Of a stretch of 33,987 nucleotides of DNA, positions 26,986 to 33,987 are shown piece after piece. Positions within the stretch are counted from its first letter, which is position 1, and each line of letters begins with the position of its first letter. This DNA comes from a virus (taxonomy: Duplodnaviria > Caudoviricetes). The DNA lies in IMG/VR virus record IMGVR_UViG_3300036394_000005, positions 1-33,987 of that record; one strand, 5' to 3'. The notes beneath the pieces are model-generated. The model was not told the DNA's origin and ran no database searches. It saw only the letters and a list, made by a program, of their open reading frames with translations. The position numbers were made by a program, and so were the translations under genes.

Positions 26986-27277
26986 GCAGACCTCAGAGAA
27001 AAACAGCCAATGCCTCGTGCAAGCGAGTCCTGCTCCGACGCTGGCGGAGCGCATCGACGCCATCGAGCAATTCCTGCAGCAGCTCGTGCTACTGCTGGAG
27101 GTCGAACCAGACCTGAATCGGGAGAGCATTGCGGCGTGGATCGAGATAACGACAGCAAGCGCAGACGCCCAAGGGCTGGCGGCGCTACGTCAACGCGCCG
27201 CGATGGCGCAACTGTGCGAGCGCGTGCTTGCGCCCGCCGTAGACGTGCTACGGCCGTTGTCGGGATGGTTGTCGTGA
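26984..27277 (+). CDS. Hypothetical helical protein, antisense between cro and cII
   Basis: 97-aa ORF fills the cro-cII gap; protein-like amphipathic composition (LAERIDAIEQFLQQLVLLLE). Confidence 0.6.
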   Translation: MQTSEKNSQCLVQASPAPTLAERIDAIEQFLQQLVLLLEVEPDLNRESIAAWIEITTASADAQGLAALRQRAAMAQLCERVLAPAVDVLRPLSGWLS

Positions 27278-27300
27278 TTCGCCGCAACGGCGGTCGCCGC

Positions 27301-27558
27301 TCAAGCATGAGCACCCGCACCGCGAGCGGACTCGATGGGCGCAACAGCCGGCCGCAAGACCGTCAAGCGGCGCTGAATCTCGACGTTGCTCGCGTGCGAA
27401 AGCTGCACGAGCGACCGCCCCAGCCCATACCGAGGCTCAGAGGTGGCTCGCCGCGCCAGATCGGCGATGGTCGCCTGCCCACATCCGCACAAGGCGGCTA
27501 TTTGGGTATGACTGAGCTTTCGTCGCTGCAGTCCCGATATGAGTTGAGGCCAGTCCAT
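27301..27558 (-). CDS. cro: Cro-like HTH repressor
   Basis: MDW..LI..L....LSHTQIAALCGCGQATIADL.....EPRY..G..L; divergent from cI. Confidence 0.88.
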   Translation of the reverse strand: MDWPQLISGLQRRKLSHTQIAALCGCGQATIADLARRATSEPRYGLGRSLVQLSHASNVEIQRRLTVLRPAVAPIESARGAGAHA

Positions 27559-27567
27559 AGGCGTTCG

Positions 27568-27632
27568 ACTTTATCGGTATTCCGATATTCATTCAAGCGG
27601 TTTTCCGATGCACAGTGAACCTACCCTATCGG
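27568..27632. promoter_or_regulatory. OR region: operators and PR-like promoter
   Basis: TATCGGTATTCCGATA (27572-27587), AAGCGGTTTTCCGATG (27595-27610), half-site TATCGG (27627); - strand TTGAAT-N17-TAAAGT toward cro. Confidence 0.85.
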
Positions 27633-27634
27633 TC

Positions 27635-28312
27635 ATGAGGGATGTCCAACGCACAGATTTCGGCCAGCGGCTTGCCGCTGCGCGCAAGCATGCGGACCTG
27701 ACACAGGGGGCGCTTGCAAAGCAGGTTGGCATGAGCCAGTCGGCTTACTCCGAGGCCGAGAAATCCGGCCTCGGTTCTGCATTCACTCCGCAGATTGCGA
27801 AGGCATGCGGCGTCAACGTTGATTGGCTCGCGACCGGTGAAGGCGAGATGATCCCTCGACCGAAAGGGCTTGAGACGGCGCAGGCCGTCAGGGCCGGCAA
27901 GCTGAAGGGCGTTGCCGTAGTTGGGAGAGGCAACGGGGGAGCAATGCCGCAGGTGATTTGGACTGATTCAGACTATCCAGTGGGGGCGACGGGAGAGTAC
28001 GCCGAGGACATCGCGAGCAGCGATCCGCAGGCATTCGTTGTAGAGGTCGAGGGTGCGAGCATGTACCCGAAGTACACCCCTGGAAACTTCGCACTCGTGG
28101 AGCCAGGCACAGAGCCCGAGCTTGAAGACGACGTGCTGGTGCGCCTTGTGACTGGCGAGACCATGATCAAGCGCCTGGTGTCCCGGCGCAGCGGCTACAG
28201 CCTTGCGAGCTACAACGACTCGGTGATTCTTCATCTGAAGCCCGAGCAGGTCGCGTGGATGTACTACATCCCCTATCCGGTTCCTCGCCGGAAGATCAAG
28301 AGTCGAGCCTGA
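27635..28312 (+). CDS. cI: CI-like repressor (XRE HTH plus S24 autopeptidase)
   Basis: HTH LTQGALAKQVGMSQSAYSEAE, VDWLATGEG; S24 motifs VEGASM.P and MIKRL; start may be 27608 or 27635. Confidence 0.95.
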   Translation: MRDVQRTDFGQRLAAARKHADLTQGALAKQVGMSQSAYSEAEKSGLGSAFTPQIAKACGVNVDWLATGEGEMIPRPKGLETAQAVRAGKLKGVAVVGRGNGGAMPQVIWTDSDYPVGATGEYAEDIASSDPQAFVVEVEGASMYPKYTPGNFALVEPGTEPELEDDVLVRLVTGETMIKRLVSRRSGYSLASYNDSVILHLKPEQVAWMYYIPYPVPRRKIKSRA

Positions 28313-28319
28313 CCGGTTC

Positions 28320-28392
28320 AACCGGTATCCCGATAAAAATATCGCTTCATTTATCGGTTTACCGTTGACACAAATATCGGAATACCGATAAT
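28320..28392 (+). promoter_or_regulatory. OL region: three operators and PL-like promoter
   Basis: AACCGGTATCCCGATA (28320), TATCGGTTTACCGTTG (28352), TATCGGAATACCGATA (28375); TTGACA (28365)-N16-GATAAT. Confidence 0.88.
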
Positions 28393-28430
28393 TCACTCCG
28401 ATGCGCCATCCCGGCGCGAAGGAGTGAGCA

Positions 28431-28673
28431 ATGACGCGCACCGCGCACCAACCTCAGAGGGCAACGCGCCCCATCACGACCGCCCAGGTCGATAACCGTC
28501 GCCGCTATCGCTGCAGCTACACGCCGCGAGACGCACTCGGGCATCTGAATCCCTCAGACACCGGCGCCGCGCCGTACGTGCAGTTCCTCGCTGCCAACGC
28601 CGAACAGGCCCTCGACATCGCACAGCAAGTCACCGGTTGCCCGGTGATCGACGCGACCCGCATCGAGGGCTGA
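28431..28673 (+). CDS. Early phage hypothetical protein (80 aa)
   Basis: AAGGAG RBS; first gene after PL. Confidence 0.8.
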   Translation: MTRTAHQPQRATRPITTAQVDNRRRYRCSYTPRDALGHLNPSDTGAAPYVQFLAANAEQALDIAQQVTGCPVIDATRIEG

Positions 28674-28677
28674 AGCA

Positions 28678-29028
28678 GTGGCCCGCGTTCAAGCTCACCA
28701 CGCCACGAGCAGCCGCGTAGCGCCGGGCTACGTCGCAACCCGCTCGGCGCGCGTGGACATCTGGATTCGCACGACTGGCCGCCGCCGCCAGGCGTTCTAC
28801 CGCTGCCCCGCTGTGGGTGTCTCGACGTGGCAGGCCATGGGCGTGCCGCTCGCCGACAAGGCGCTGAAGCTCGGCAGCATCAGCCTGCCCGGCATCTCCG
28901 ATGCGACCGTCGAGGCATACACCGAAGACGCACCTGCGCACCCGATGGCCATCGCGTTTGCAGAGCGTGCGCGTGCTCTCAACGGCGAGATTGACGCGCT
29001 CAACCTCTCCGCGCGAGGTGACGCATGA
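28678..29028 (+). CDS. Early phage hypothetical protein (116 aa)
   Basis: Tight operon packing, GTG start, ATGA overlap with the next gene. Confidence 0.7.
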   Translation: MARVQAHHATSSRVAPGYVATRSARVDIWIRTTGRRRQAFYRCPAVGVSTWQAMGVPLADKALKLGSISLPGISDATVEAYTEDAPAHPMAIAFAERARALNGEIDALNLSARGDA

Positions 29029-29225
29029 AGATGGCCCGTGTGCGGCGCACGACCGCAGCTCAGGCCCTCGTCCGCGCGATGAAGTCGGGCAAGGAGTGCG
29101 GGCATCTGAACTGGCACTACGTGGTCGGTTTCCTGTCGAGCGAGCACCCCTCGCTGTCGGAAGAAATCGAGGCCTTCGAACGCGCCCGCACGGATGCTCT
29201 GCGAGCTGCGGGGAGCGCCGCCTGA
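29025..29225 (+). CDS. Early phage hypothetical protein (66 aa)
   Basis: GAGGT RBS; coupled on both sides (ATGA, TGATG). Confidence 0.7.
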   Translation: MKMARVRRTTAAQALVRAMKSGKECGHLNWHYVVGFLSSEHPSLSEEIEAFERARTDALRAAGSAA

Positions 29226-29497
29226 TGGCATTCCTCTTCCGCTGCCCCGAGTGCCGGACGCGGCGGCGCAGCCAAGGCTTGTTCACGCGGCACCTGCGCG
29301 AAACCGGCCATCGCTTGTGCCGGTGCGGCGGCTACCACTACGAGCACCGCCCGGGTTCGCCCTTCTGCGAGCGCAACCCAATGAGCGCGGCGCTGCTCGC
29401 GAGCCGACACGGCGCCTCCGACGAAGAGGTGATCGACATCGCGCTCGAAATCGTCCTGACCACGCGCGGGCGCCCTGCCCTGCGCTGCCCTTTCTGA
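29225..29497 (+). CDS. Cys/His-rich putative zinc-binding early protein (90 aa)
   Basis: TGATG-coupled start MAFLFRCPECRTRR; C.CGGYHYEHRPGSPFC. Confidence 0.75.
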   Translation: MAFLFRCPECRTRRRSQGLFTRHLRETGHRLCRCGGYHYEHRPGSPFCERNPMSAALLASRHGASDEEVIDIALEIVLTTRGRPALRCPF

Positions 29498-29507
29498 AAG
29501 GCCGGCC

Positions 29508-29669
29508 ATGCGCTCGACCTCGTTCCAAGAAACCGGCGTTGGCCTCATGAGGACATCGCCTGTCGCGCCCATTCCGGGCTTCTTCGCCACCGCTGCCGCG
29601 CTGGCGGTCTTCATCGTCCTGCCCATCGTGCTGGCCGCGATGTGCGTCTATGGCTGGAGCACACCATGA
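29508..29669 (+). CDS. Small membrane protein (53 aa), not in the supplied ORF track
   Basis: Translated by hand: MRSTSFQETGVGLMRTSPVAPIPGFFATAAALAVFIVLPIVLAAMCVYGWSTP; ATGA-coupled to the next gene. Confidence 0.65.
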   Translation: MRSTSFQETGVGLMRTSPVAPIPGFFATAAALAVFIVLPIVLAAMCVYGWSTP

Positions 29670-30007
29670 CGACCACGACAACCGGCGTCTTCTTCGTTGG
29701 CAAGGACCGCCCCGGGCGTCCCGCCGTGAGCGAACACACGTCCGATCAAAGCGAATTCGTTTTAAAGATGCGCCTCATCGACAACCAAGGACCGCGCGCG
29801 GTCGAGGTCTACGTCGTTCGTTGGGTCGGCCCCGACGCCGCGGGATGGCGCGCGCGGCACCCTGGCCTCAAGGCCGGCGATGCGCTGCGCCTCGAACTCA
29901 TCAACCCGCGCTCGATGCCCGGCGCCCACGCGCCGGAAACCCACGCGACCATCTCTTCGTGCGAGCTGCTGCCTGCGCGCGCCCCAGCAACCGCCCAGGC
30001 CGCCTAG
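29666..30007 (+). CDS. Hypothetical protein, possible OB-fold ssDNA-binding protein
   Basis: GGAG RBS, start MTTTTTG; beta-rich with VRWVG..A.......LKAGD.L.L pattern reminiscent of SSB-like OB folds. Confidence 0.6.
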   Translation: MTTTTTGVFFVGKDRPGRPAVSEHTSDQSEFVLKMRLIDNQGPRAVEVYVVRWVGPDAAGWRARHPGLKAGDALRLELINPRSMPGAHAPETHATISSCELLPARAPATAQAA

Positions 30008-30030
30008 CCCGGGCATCAATCCTTCTACAC

Positions 30031-30228
30031 ATGCCATTCCCCATCACCCCGCTCGCGACCATCGAGCGCGAAGCCAAGGCCGCAGCCGAACGAGGCCAGA
30101 CGCCGAACGAAGCATGTCGCTTTCCGTTCAACGATCCGGCAGGCGAAGCCTTTGCGCGCATCTACAACGAGCACCGAGCAGCCTTGCAGGCCGGCGCAGC
30201 CCAGCCGGGGACGGAGGGCAAGCAATGA
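30031..30228 (+). CDS. Early phage hypothetical protein (65 aa)
   Basis: Start MPFPITPL; ACRFPF..PAG..F...Y motif; ATGA overlap with the next gene. Confidence 0.7.
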   Translation: MPFPITPLATIEREAKAAAERGQTPNEACRFPFNDPAGEAFARIYNEHRAALQAGAAQPGTEGKQ

Positions 30229-30878
30229 CGTGGATGCTCACCGCTAATGGCGCCGAATACCATCTCTCCGGCCCCACCGCATACGCCCCTTGCGGCCGCC
30301 CGGTAGACATTCGCGACGTGGCTCACCACCTCGCCATCGTGAACCAATTCAACGGCGCCACGTCGCGCCCGTACAGCGTCGCCGAACACAGCTTGTTGTG
30401 CTGCGACATCGCGCGCCGCGTCGGCGCTTCGGTGTTCGTGCAGATGGCCGCGCTGATGCATGACGCACACGAGGCGTACACCAACGACCTCATCAGCCCG
30501 GCGAAACAGGCCGTGGACAGCTACAGCATGGCCGCCGGAATCGCGGCATGGCGAGCGTTCGAAGCCGAGCACGCCAAGACCGTGCGCGAACACTTCAAGT
30601 TGCTTTCGGTGTTCGCTGGGCACAGAGAGCTATTGCGCTCCATCGACTCGCAGGCGCTTGCCATCGCGCGGCGGGATCTGATGCCCTTCGACGCTTCGCG
30701 GCATCTCCCGTGGGCATTGCTAGGCGACAACACCGTGCAACCTGTCGCTCCCGCCAGGTGGGTCCGGCTCGACACGCCCGAACGTGAGGCCGCATCGTGG
30801 AAGGACTGGCGCAATCAATTTCTCGCGCGGTTTGTCGCGCTGCAGGATGCGCGCGCCCGGCCCATCCAGACGAGCTAG
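30225..30878 (+). CDS. HD-domain phosphohydrolase (YfbR-like 5'-deoxynucleotidase family)
   Basis: D.AHHLA..NQFNG.....YSVAEHS and ALMHDAHEAY..D...P.K motifs; GGAGG RBS. Confidence 0.9.
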   Translation: MTWMLTANGAEYHLSGPTAYAPCGRPVDIRDVAHHLAIVNQFNGATSRPYSVAEHSLLCCDIARRVGASVFVQMAALMHDAHEAYTNDLISPAKQAVDSYSMAAGIAAWRAFEAEHAKTVREHFKLLSVFAGHRELLRSIDSQALAIARRDLMPFDASRHLPWALLGDNTVQPVAPARWVRLDTPEREAASWKDWRNQFLARFVALQDARARPIQTS

Positions 30879-30889
30879 ATGCGCACCGA

Positions 30890-32002
30890 CTAGGGCTTGA
30901 CGAAGCTAAAGAAGCGGAAGACCTCGACATCCCACCAGGCCAATCCGGCAACCCAAGCGCCAAGGGGCTTACCAAGAATCGCGAAGGTATTGATCCAGAT
31001 GAAAAACCATATCCAGAACAGAACAAACCCGACCCAGAAGGGAATCTTGCTTACCGAAAACCGACGCGAGATCGCAAACTTGATAAGCCAGCCACTCTTC
31101 TTTAAATCATCTTCCACAAGCTTGTCGACAAAGCCCGTCTGGACTTGCAGAGGATCAAGCGCGCGCGCGGGTGTCAAGTTGATCTGCTGGACTCTAGTCT
31201 GTTCAGCGGGGGTCAGATGCTTCATATCCGCCACGAAAAGTTGGAAGACTTTCGGATGGTCTTTCAATTCTTCTAACAGCATCAGTTCAAGGCTCTTGAC
31301 CGCCACTTCCCAACGAATCTGCCAATACTTTGCCCCCCCCGCCATGCAGGCTTGGAAGCAAGATATTGCCATTCCTGCCAGGCAGACAAAGAAATTCATC
31401 ATTGGGGACGCAGCTCCTTGCGATTGGACAAGGCCTGCCAGCAGGACACCCTGGAACACCATAAAGAAGTTGTTCCGATTGGTGAGCTGCCCTATCTCAA
31501 AGGCTCTTTGTTCGAGCGCCATCCGAAATGCCGCGTCGATGCTCCCCATCGGTGAGTGCGCCGCACTTTCAGAAGGAAGGTCGGAAGCCGTGCGCGGCGG
31601 TGCGCTCGGGATCGCCGGGGGCGGTGCGCTCGGGATCGCCGGAGGCGGTGCGCTCGGGATCGCCGCAGGCGGTGCGCTCGGGATCGCCGCAGGCGGTGCG
31701 CTCGGGATCGCCGCAGGCGGTGCGCTCGGGATCGCCGCAGGCGGTGCGCTCGGGATCGCCGCAGGCGGTGCGCTCGGGATCGCCGCAGGCGGTGCGCTCG
31801 GGATCGCCGGAGGCGGTGCGCTCGGGATCGCCGGAGGCGGTGCGCTCGGGATCGCCGGAGGCGGTGCGCTCGGGATCGCCGGAGGCGGTGCGCGCGGGAT
31901 CGCCGGAGGCGGTGCGCTCGGGATCGCCGGAGGCGGTGCGCTCGGGATCGCCGGAGGCGGTGCGCTCGGGATCGCCGGAGGCGGTTTGTTTGGCCCTGTC
32001 AT
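30890..32002 (-). CDS. Accessory membrane protein resembling the RipA/8xMP octameric membrane protein family, with Pro-rich N-terminal repeat
   Basis: GAGGAG RBS; motifs R.FEI.QL..RNNFFMVFQGVLLAG, GAKYWQ.RWE, FSVSKIP; three hydrophobic segments; family recognised from memory of these motifs. Confidence 0.75.
   Translation of the reverse strand: MTGPNKPPPAIPSAPPPAIPSAPPPAIPSAPPPAIPRAPPPAIPSAPPPAIPSAPPPAIPSAPPPAIPSAPPAAIPSAPPAAIPSAPPAAIPSAPPAAIPSAPPAAIPSAPPAAIPSAPPPAIPSAPPPAIPSAPPRTASDLPSESAAHSPMGSIDAAFRMALEQRAFEIGQLTNRNNFFMVFQGVLLAGLVQSQGAASPMMNFFVCLAGMAISCFQACMAGGAKYWQIRWEVAVKSLELMLLEELKDHPKVFQLFVADMKHLTPAEQTRVQQINLTPARALDPLQVQTGFVDKLVEDDLKKSGWLIKFAISRRFSVSKIPFWVGFVLFWIWFFIWINTFAILGKPLGAWVAGLAWWDVEVFRFFSFVKP
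31596..31985. repeat. Coding tandem repeat, 16 x 24 bp plus 6 bp
   Basis: Unit GGCGGTGCGCTCGGGATCGCCG(G/C)A; encodes PP(P/A)AIPSA on the - strand. Confidence 0.98.
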
Positions 32003-32054
32003 TCGTTACTCCTCGCTCTCGTTTTTATGGCGCGCCAGACCTCTTCGCGACCAC

Positions 32055-32285
32055 CTACTCTTTACTTGGATCGAACTCATAAAGCTCGTACACGATTCTC
32101 TCGGCCTCTCGATAGGCATCTGTTTCCGTGTAAGGCGTTGCAGTGCCTGTGCCCCAGATTCCAACGCCCTTGCTACCCGGCGGAGCAGCTTCGAAAGACA
32201 TTCCGGGTCTGTAGTCCTTCTGCTCACGAAGCACTTTGTTGAGCAAGTCCAAGTGCTGTTGAGCGGTCACTTTTTCTTTCGACAC
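32055..32285 (-). CDS. Small accessory hypothetical protein (76 aa)
   Basis: AAGGAG RBS before GTG 32285 (VSKEKVTAQQ); co-oriented upstream of the membrane protein gene. Confidence 0.7.
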   Translation of the reverse strand: MSKEKVTAQQHLDLLNKVLREQKDYRPGMSFEAAPPGSKGVGIWGTGTATPYTETDAYREAERIVYELYEFDPSKE

Positions 32286-32311
32286 AGCAATCTCCTTCTG
32301 GTAAGGCCCGC

Positions 32312-32665
32312 ATGATGCCACCGAGCACCTACAACACGCGGCCGCTTCCGCGGAACGAATTCACACCCGCATCGGCCACCTCAATCCGTAGTAGCCAGCC
32401 GGTTGTGCGCAATCCAATGCTCGCGCTTCAAGAAGTTAGAGACGCCGCGAGCCTACCGCCCGAGGCACGGGAGGCCCTCCGACGTGTGCTGCTTGCCGTG
32501 AGTAAGACGTGCCGCGAAAAAGGCAACGAGGCATGGCGCAAACATAAGCCACCGATGGCGGCCTACTGGAAGAGCAACGCAGTTCACGCCCGTCATCTTG
32601 CCCATGCAATGGCATCCATCGCGGATGAAAGAAGCAACTCGCTGTTTGAGGACCCAGCAAAGTGA
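32312..32665 (+). CDS. Phage hypothetical protein (true start may lie downstream)
   Basis: AWRKHKPPMAAYWK..AVHARHLA helical motif; GTGA-coupled to xis. Confidence 0.7.
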   Translation: MMPPSTYNTRPLPRNEFTPASATSIRSSQPVVRNPMLALQEVRDAASLPPEAREALRRVLLAVSKTCREKGNEAWRKHKPPMAAYWKSNAVHARHLAHAMASIADERSNSLFEDPAK

Positions 32666-32898
32666 GCCTCACTGTTGATGTGCCGGCCGCGGCCGAGCTG
32701 CTGAAGATTCACCCGGAGACGGTGAAGAAGATGATTCACAAGGGCGAGCTGCCCGCCGCCCAGGTCGGCCGCGCCTACGTCATGATGACAAAGGACGTGC
32801 TCGACTACATCGAAAACGCCGTCATCAGAGACACGGCCGCGCGGATGCGCAGACCTCCGCAGTCACCAAAGCCGCGCCGCCAAGTCGCTGCCCCGTAG
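32662..32898 (+). CDS. xis: Excisionase-like HTH DNA-binding protein
   Basis: AAELLKIHPETVKKMIHKGELPAAQVGRAY; adjacent to the integrase. Confidence 0.85.
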   Translation: MSLTVDVPAAAELLKIHPETVKKMIHKGELPAAQVGRAYVMMTKDVLDYIENAVIRDTAARMRRPPQSPKPRRQVAAP

Positions 32899-33987
32899 GT
32901 TTGCGTACCGCATCATCATGCGGTGTGACTTGTGGCCCGTGATCTTCATGATCTGCGTTTCTGAGAGAGTCGTCTTTTCGAAGAGGCGGCTCGTCGCCTC
33001 GTGCCGCAGGTCGTGAAACTTCAGGTCCGCGCACTTGGCCGCCTCGAAAATCCCGATGTAGAGCTTCGAAAGATAGTCCGAGATTTTGTCGAGTATTTTG
33101 GGTTTGGTGTCGCCATCCCACCACGGAAACAGGACATCCCGACCCTTCGCGCCGGCGGCCACTCGTAGATCAAGGTATGCCGTCAGAGTCGCCACCGCGA
33201 CACTCGACAAAGGAACCTGCCGCTTGTCGCCGTTCTTCGTCTTGTCGAGAAACGCGGTGCGCTTCGCGAGGTCAACCTGATCCAGAGTCAGCGTGAACAT
33301 TTCCCGCATGCGCATGGCCGACTCGACGGCGAGCACGAACATGCACCACAAGGCTTTAGGGTCATCGAGCGCGAGGGGCCGCTGCTTGCGCGGCAGCACG
33401 CCGCCCACGATCACGGCCGACACCTTTTCGAACTCGCCAGGCTCAAGCCGCCTATCACGCTCCACATCGACGCGCGCCTCGCCCGCGATTGCCGCGTCGG
33501 TCTTCGTGTACTGGGCGTAGCCATCCGGGAGAGTGCGCAGGGGATGGTCGGGCAGCAGGACGTGCCCCTTCCGCATACCCCAATCCGTACAGCGCGCGAG
33601 CGCGCCCACCTTCGCACGGATGGTGGCTGGCGCCAGCTTGTCGATGCGCTTCATCTCCGAGATCCAGTCATCGACCCATCCCGCATCAATGCCGGTCAGC
33701 CGCGCAGCCCCCTTCGCCTTGATGATGGTTCCGAGGGCGGCTCGATCTTTCGCCTTCGGATGCGCGTCGCGCTCGTACTCGCGCACGAGGTCGGCGATGG
33801 TGTCGATGCGCGACGGCGCGCGCAGCTCTGCGGGGATGATCCCCTTGTCGAGCAGCTTCTCAGTGCGGGCGACAAAGGCGTCGCCTTCTTTCTCGTCGGC
33901 AAACGTGAGATAGATCGGCTTGTCGAGCAGCCCGGCCCGCTTGATGACGTATTCCCACCCGTTGGGCCGCTGCCTTTTTCCCGCCAT
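32863..33987 (-). CDS. int: Tyrosine recombinase / phage integrase
   Basis: Catalytic residues: SAMR..E, KTKNG..R.VPLS, FHDLRHEA, ITGH, MRY. Confidence 0.97.
   Translation of the reverse strand: MAGKRQRPNGWEYVIKRAGLLDKPIYLTFADEKEGDAFVARTEKLLDKGIIPAELRAPSRIDTIADLVREYERDAHPKAKDRAALGTIIKAKGAARLTGIDAGWVDDWISEMKRIDKLAPATIRAKVGALARCTDWGMRKGHVLLPDHPLRTLPDGYAQYTKTDAAIAGEARVDVERDRRLEPGEFEKVSAVIVGGVLPRKQRPLALDDPKALWCMFVLAVESAMRMREMFTLTLDQVDLAKRTAFLDKTKNGDKRQVPLSSVAVATLTAYLDLRVAAGAKGRDVLFPWWDGDTKPKILDKISDYLSKLYIGIFEAAKCADLKFHDLRHEATSRLFEKTTLSETQIMKITGHKSHRMMMRYANLRGSDLAARLW

Larger units (their letters stand above)
1..33987. mobile_element. Temperate prophage (lambda-like head and cos packaging, long non-contractile tail), near complete; att sites outside the window
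   Basis: Contiguous integrase, xis, cI/cro, replication, terminase, portal, capsid, tail, tape measure and lysis modules; no tail sheath gene recognised. Confidence 0.97.

Noticed and set aside
31596-31985. Tandem array as a CRISPR array
   Set aside because: Units are contiguous with no unique spacers, there are no cas genes, and the unit length is a multiple of 3 within an ORF.
30897-32315. + strand ORFs across the repeat (GGGALGIA, AVRSGSPE and RRRCARD frames)
   Set aside because: They are open largely because the repeat lacks stops; the - strand frame has an RBS and a recognisable membrane domain.
1-33987. attL/attR core repeats
   Set aside because: The window begins and ends exactly at gene starts, so flanking att sequences are not visible.

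Overview
The whole window is an apparently near-complete temperate siphovirus-type prophage in a high-GC host (probably betaproteobacterial; inference only). From the right end it carries a tyrosine integrase and convergent excisionase, an early operon on the + strand, and a cI/cro switch with five TATCGG-N4-CCGATA-type operators. On the - strand follow cII, a replication initiator with internal iterons and a perfect DnaA box, a lambda-like cos site, small and large terminase, a Mor-family activator, head genes (lambda-type portal, protease-capsid fusion), tail genes and a lysis cassette (GH19 endolysin, nested Rz/Rz1). Two accessory cassettes lie antisense to their neighbours. The first is an AT-richer pair (19491-21346) encoding a 485-aa protein with two pore-former-like beta-hairpin segments plus a Cys-rich lipoprotein. 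The second (30890-32285) encodes a small protein plus a RipA/8xMP-like membrane protein with a 16 x 24-bp Pro-rich repeat. Hidden sequence signals include two chromosomal-type parS-like sites in the 3' extension of terL, two copies of a 30-bp late-promoter motif, and two coupling mini-ORFs. att sites are not visible. All product calls come from reading motifs and synteny; no database searches were run.
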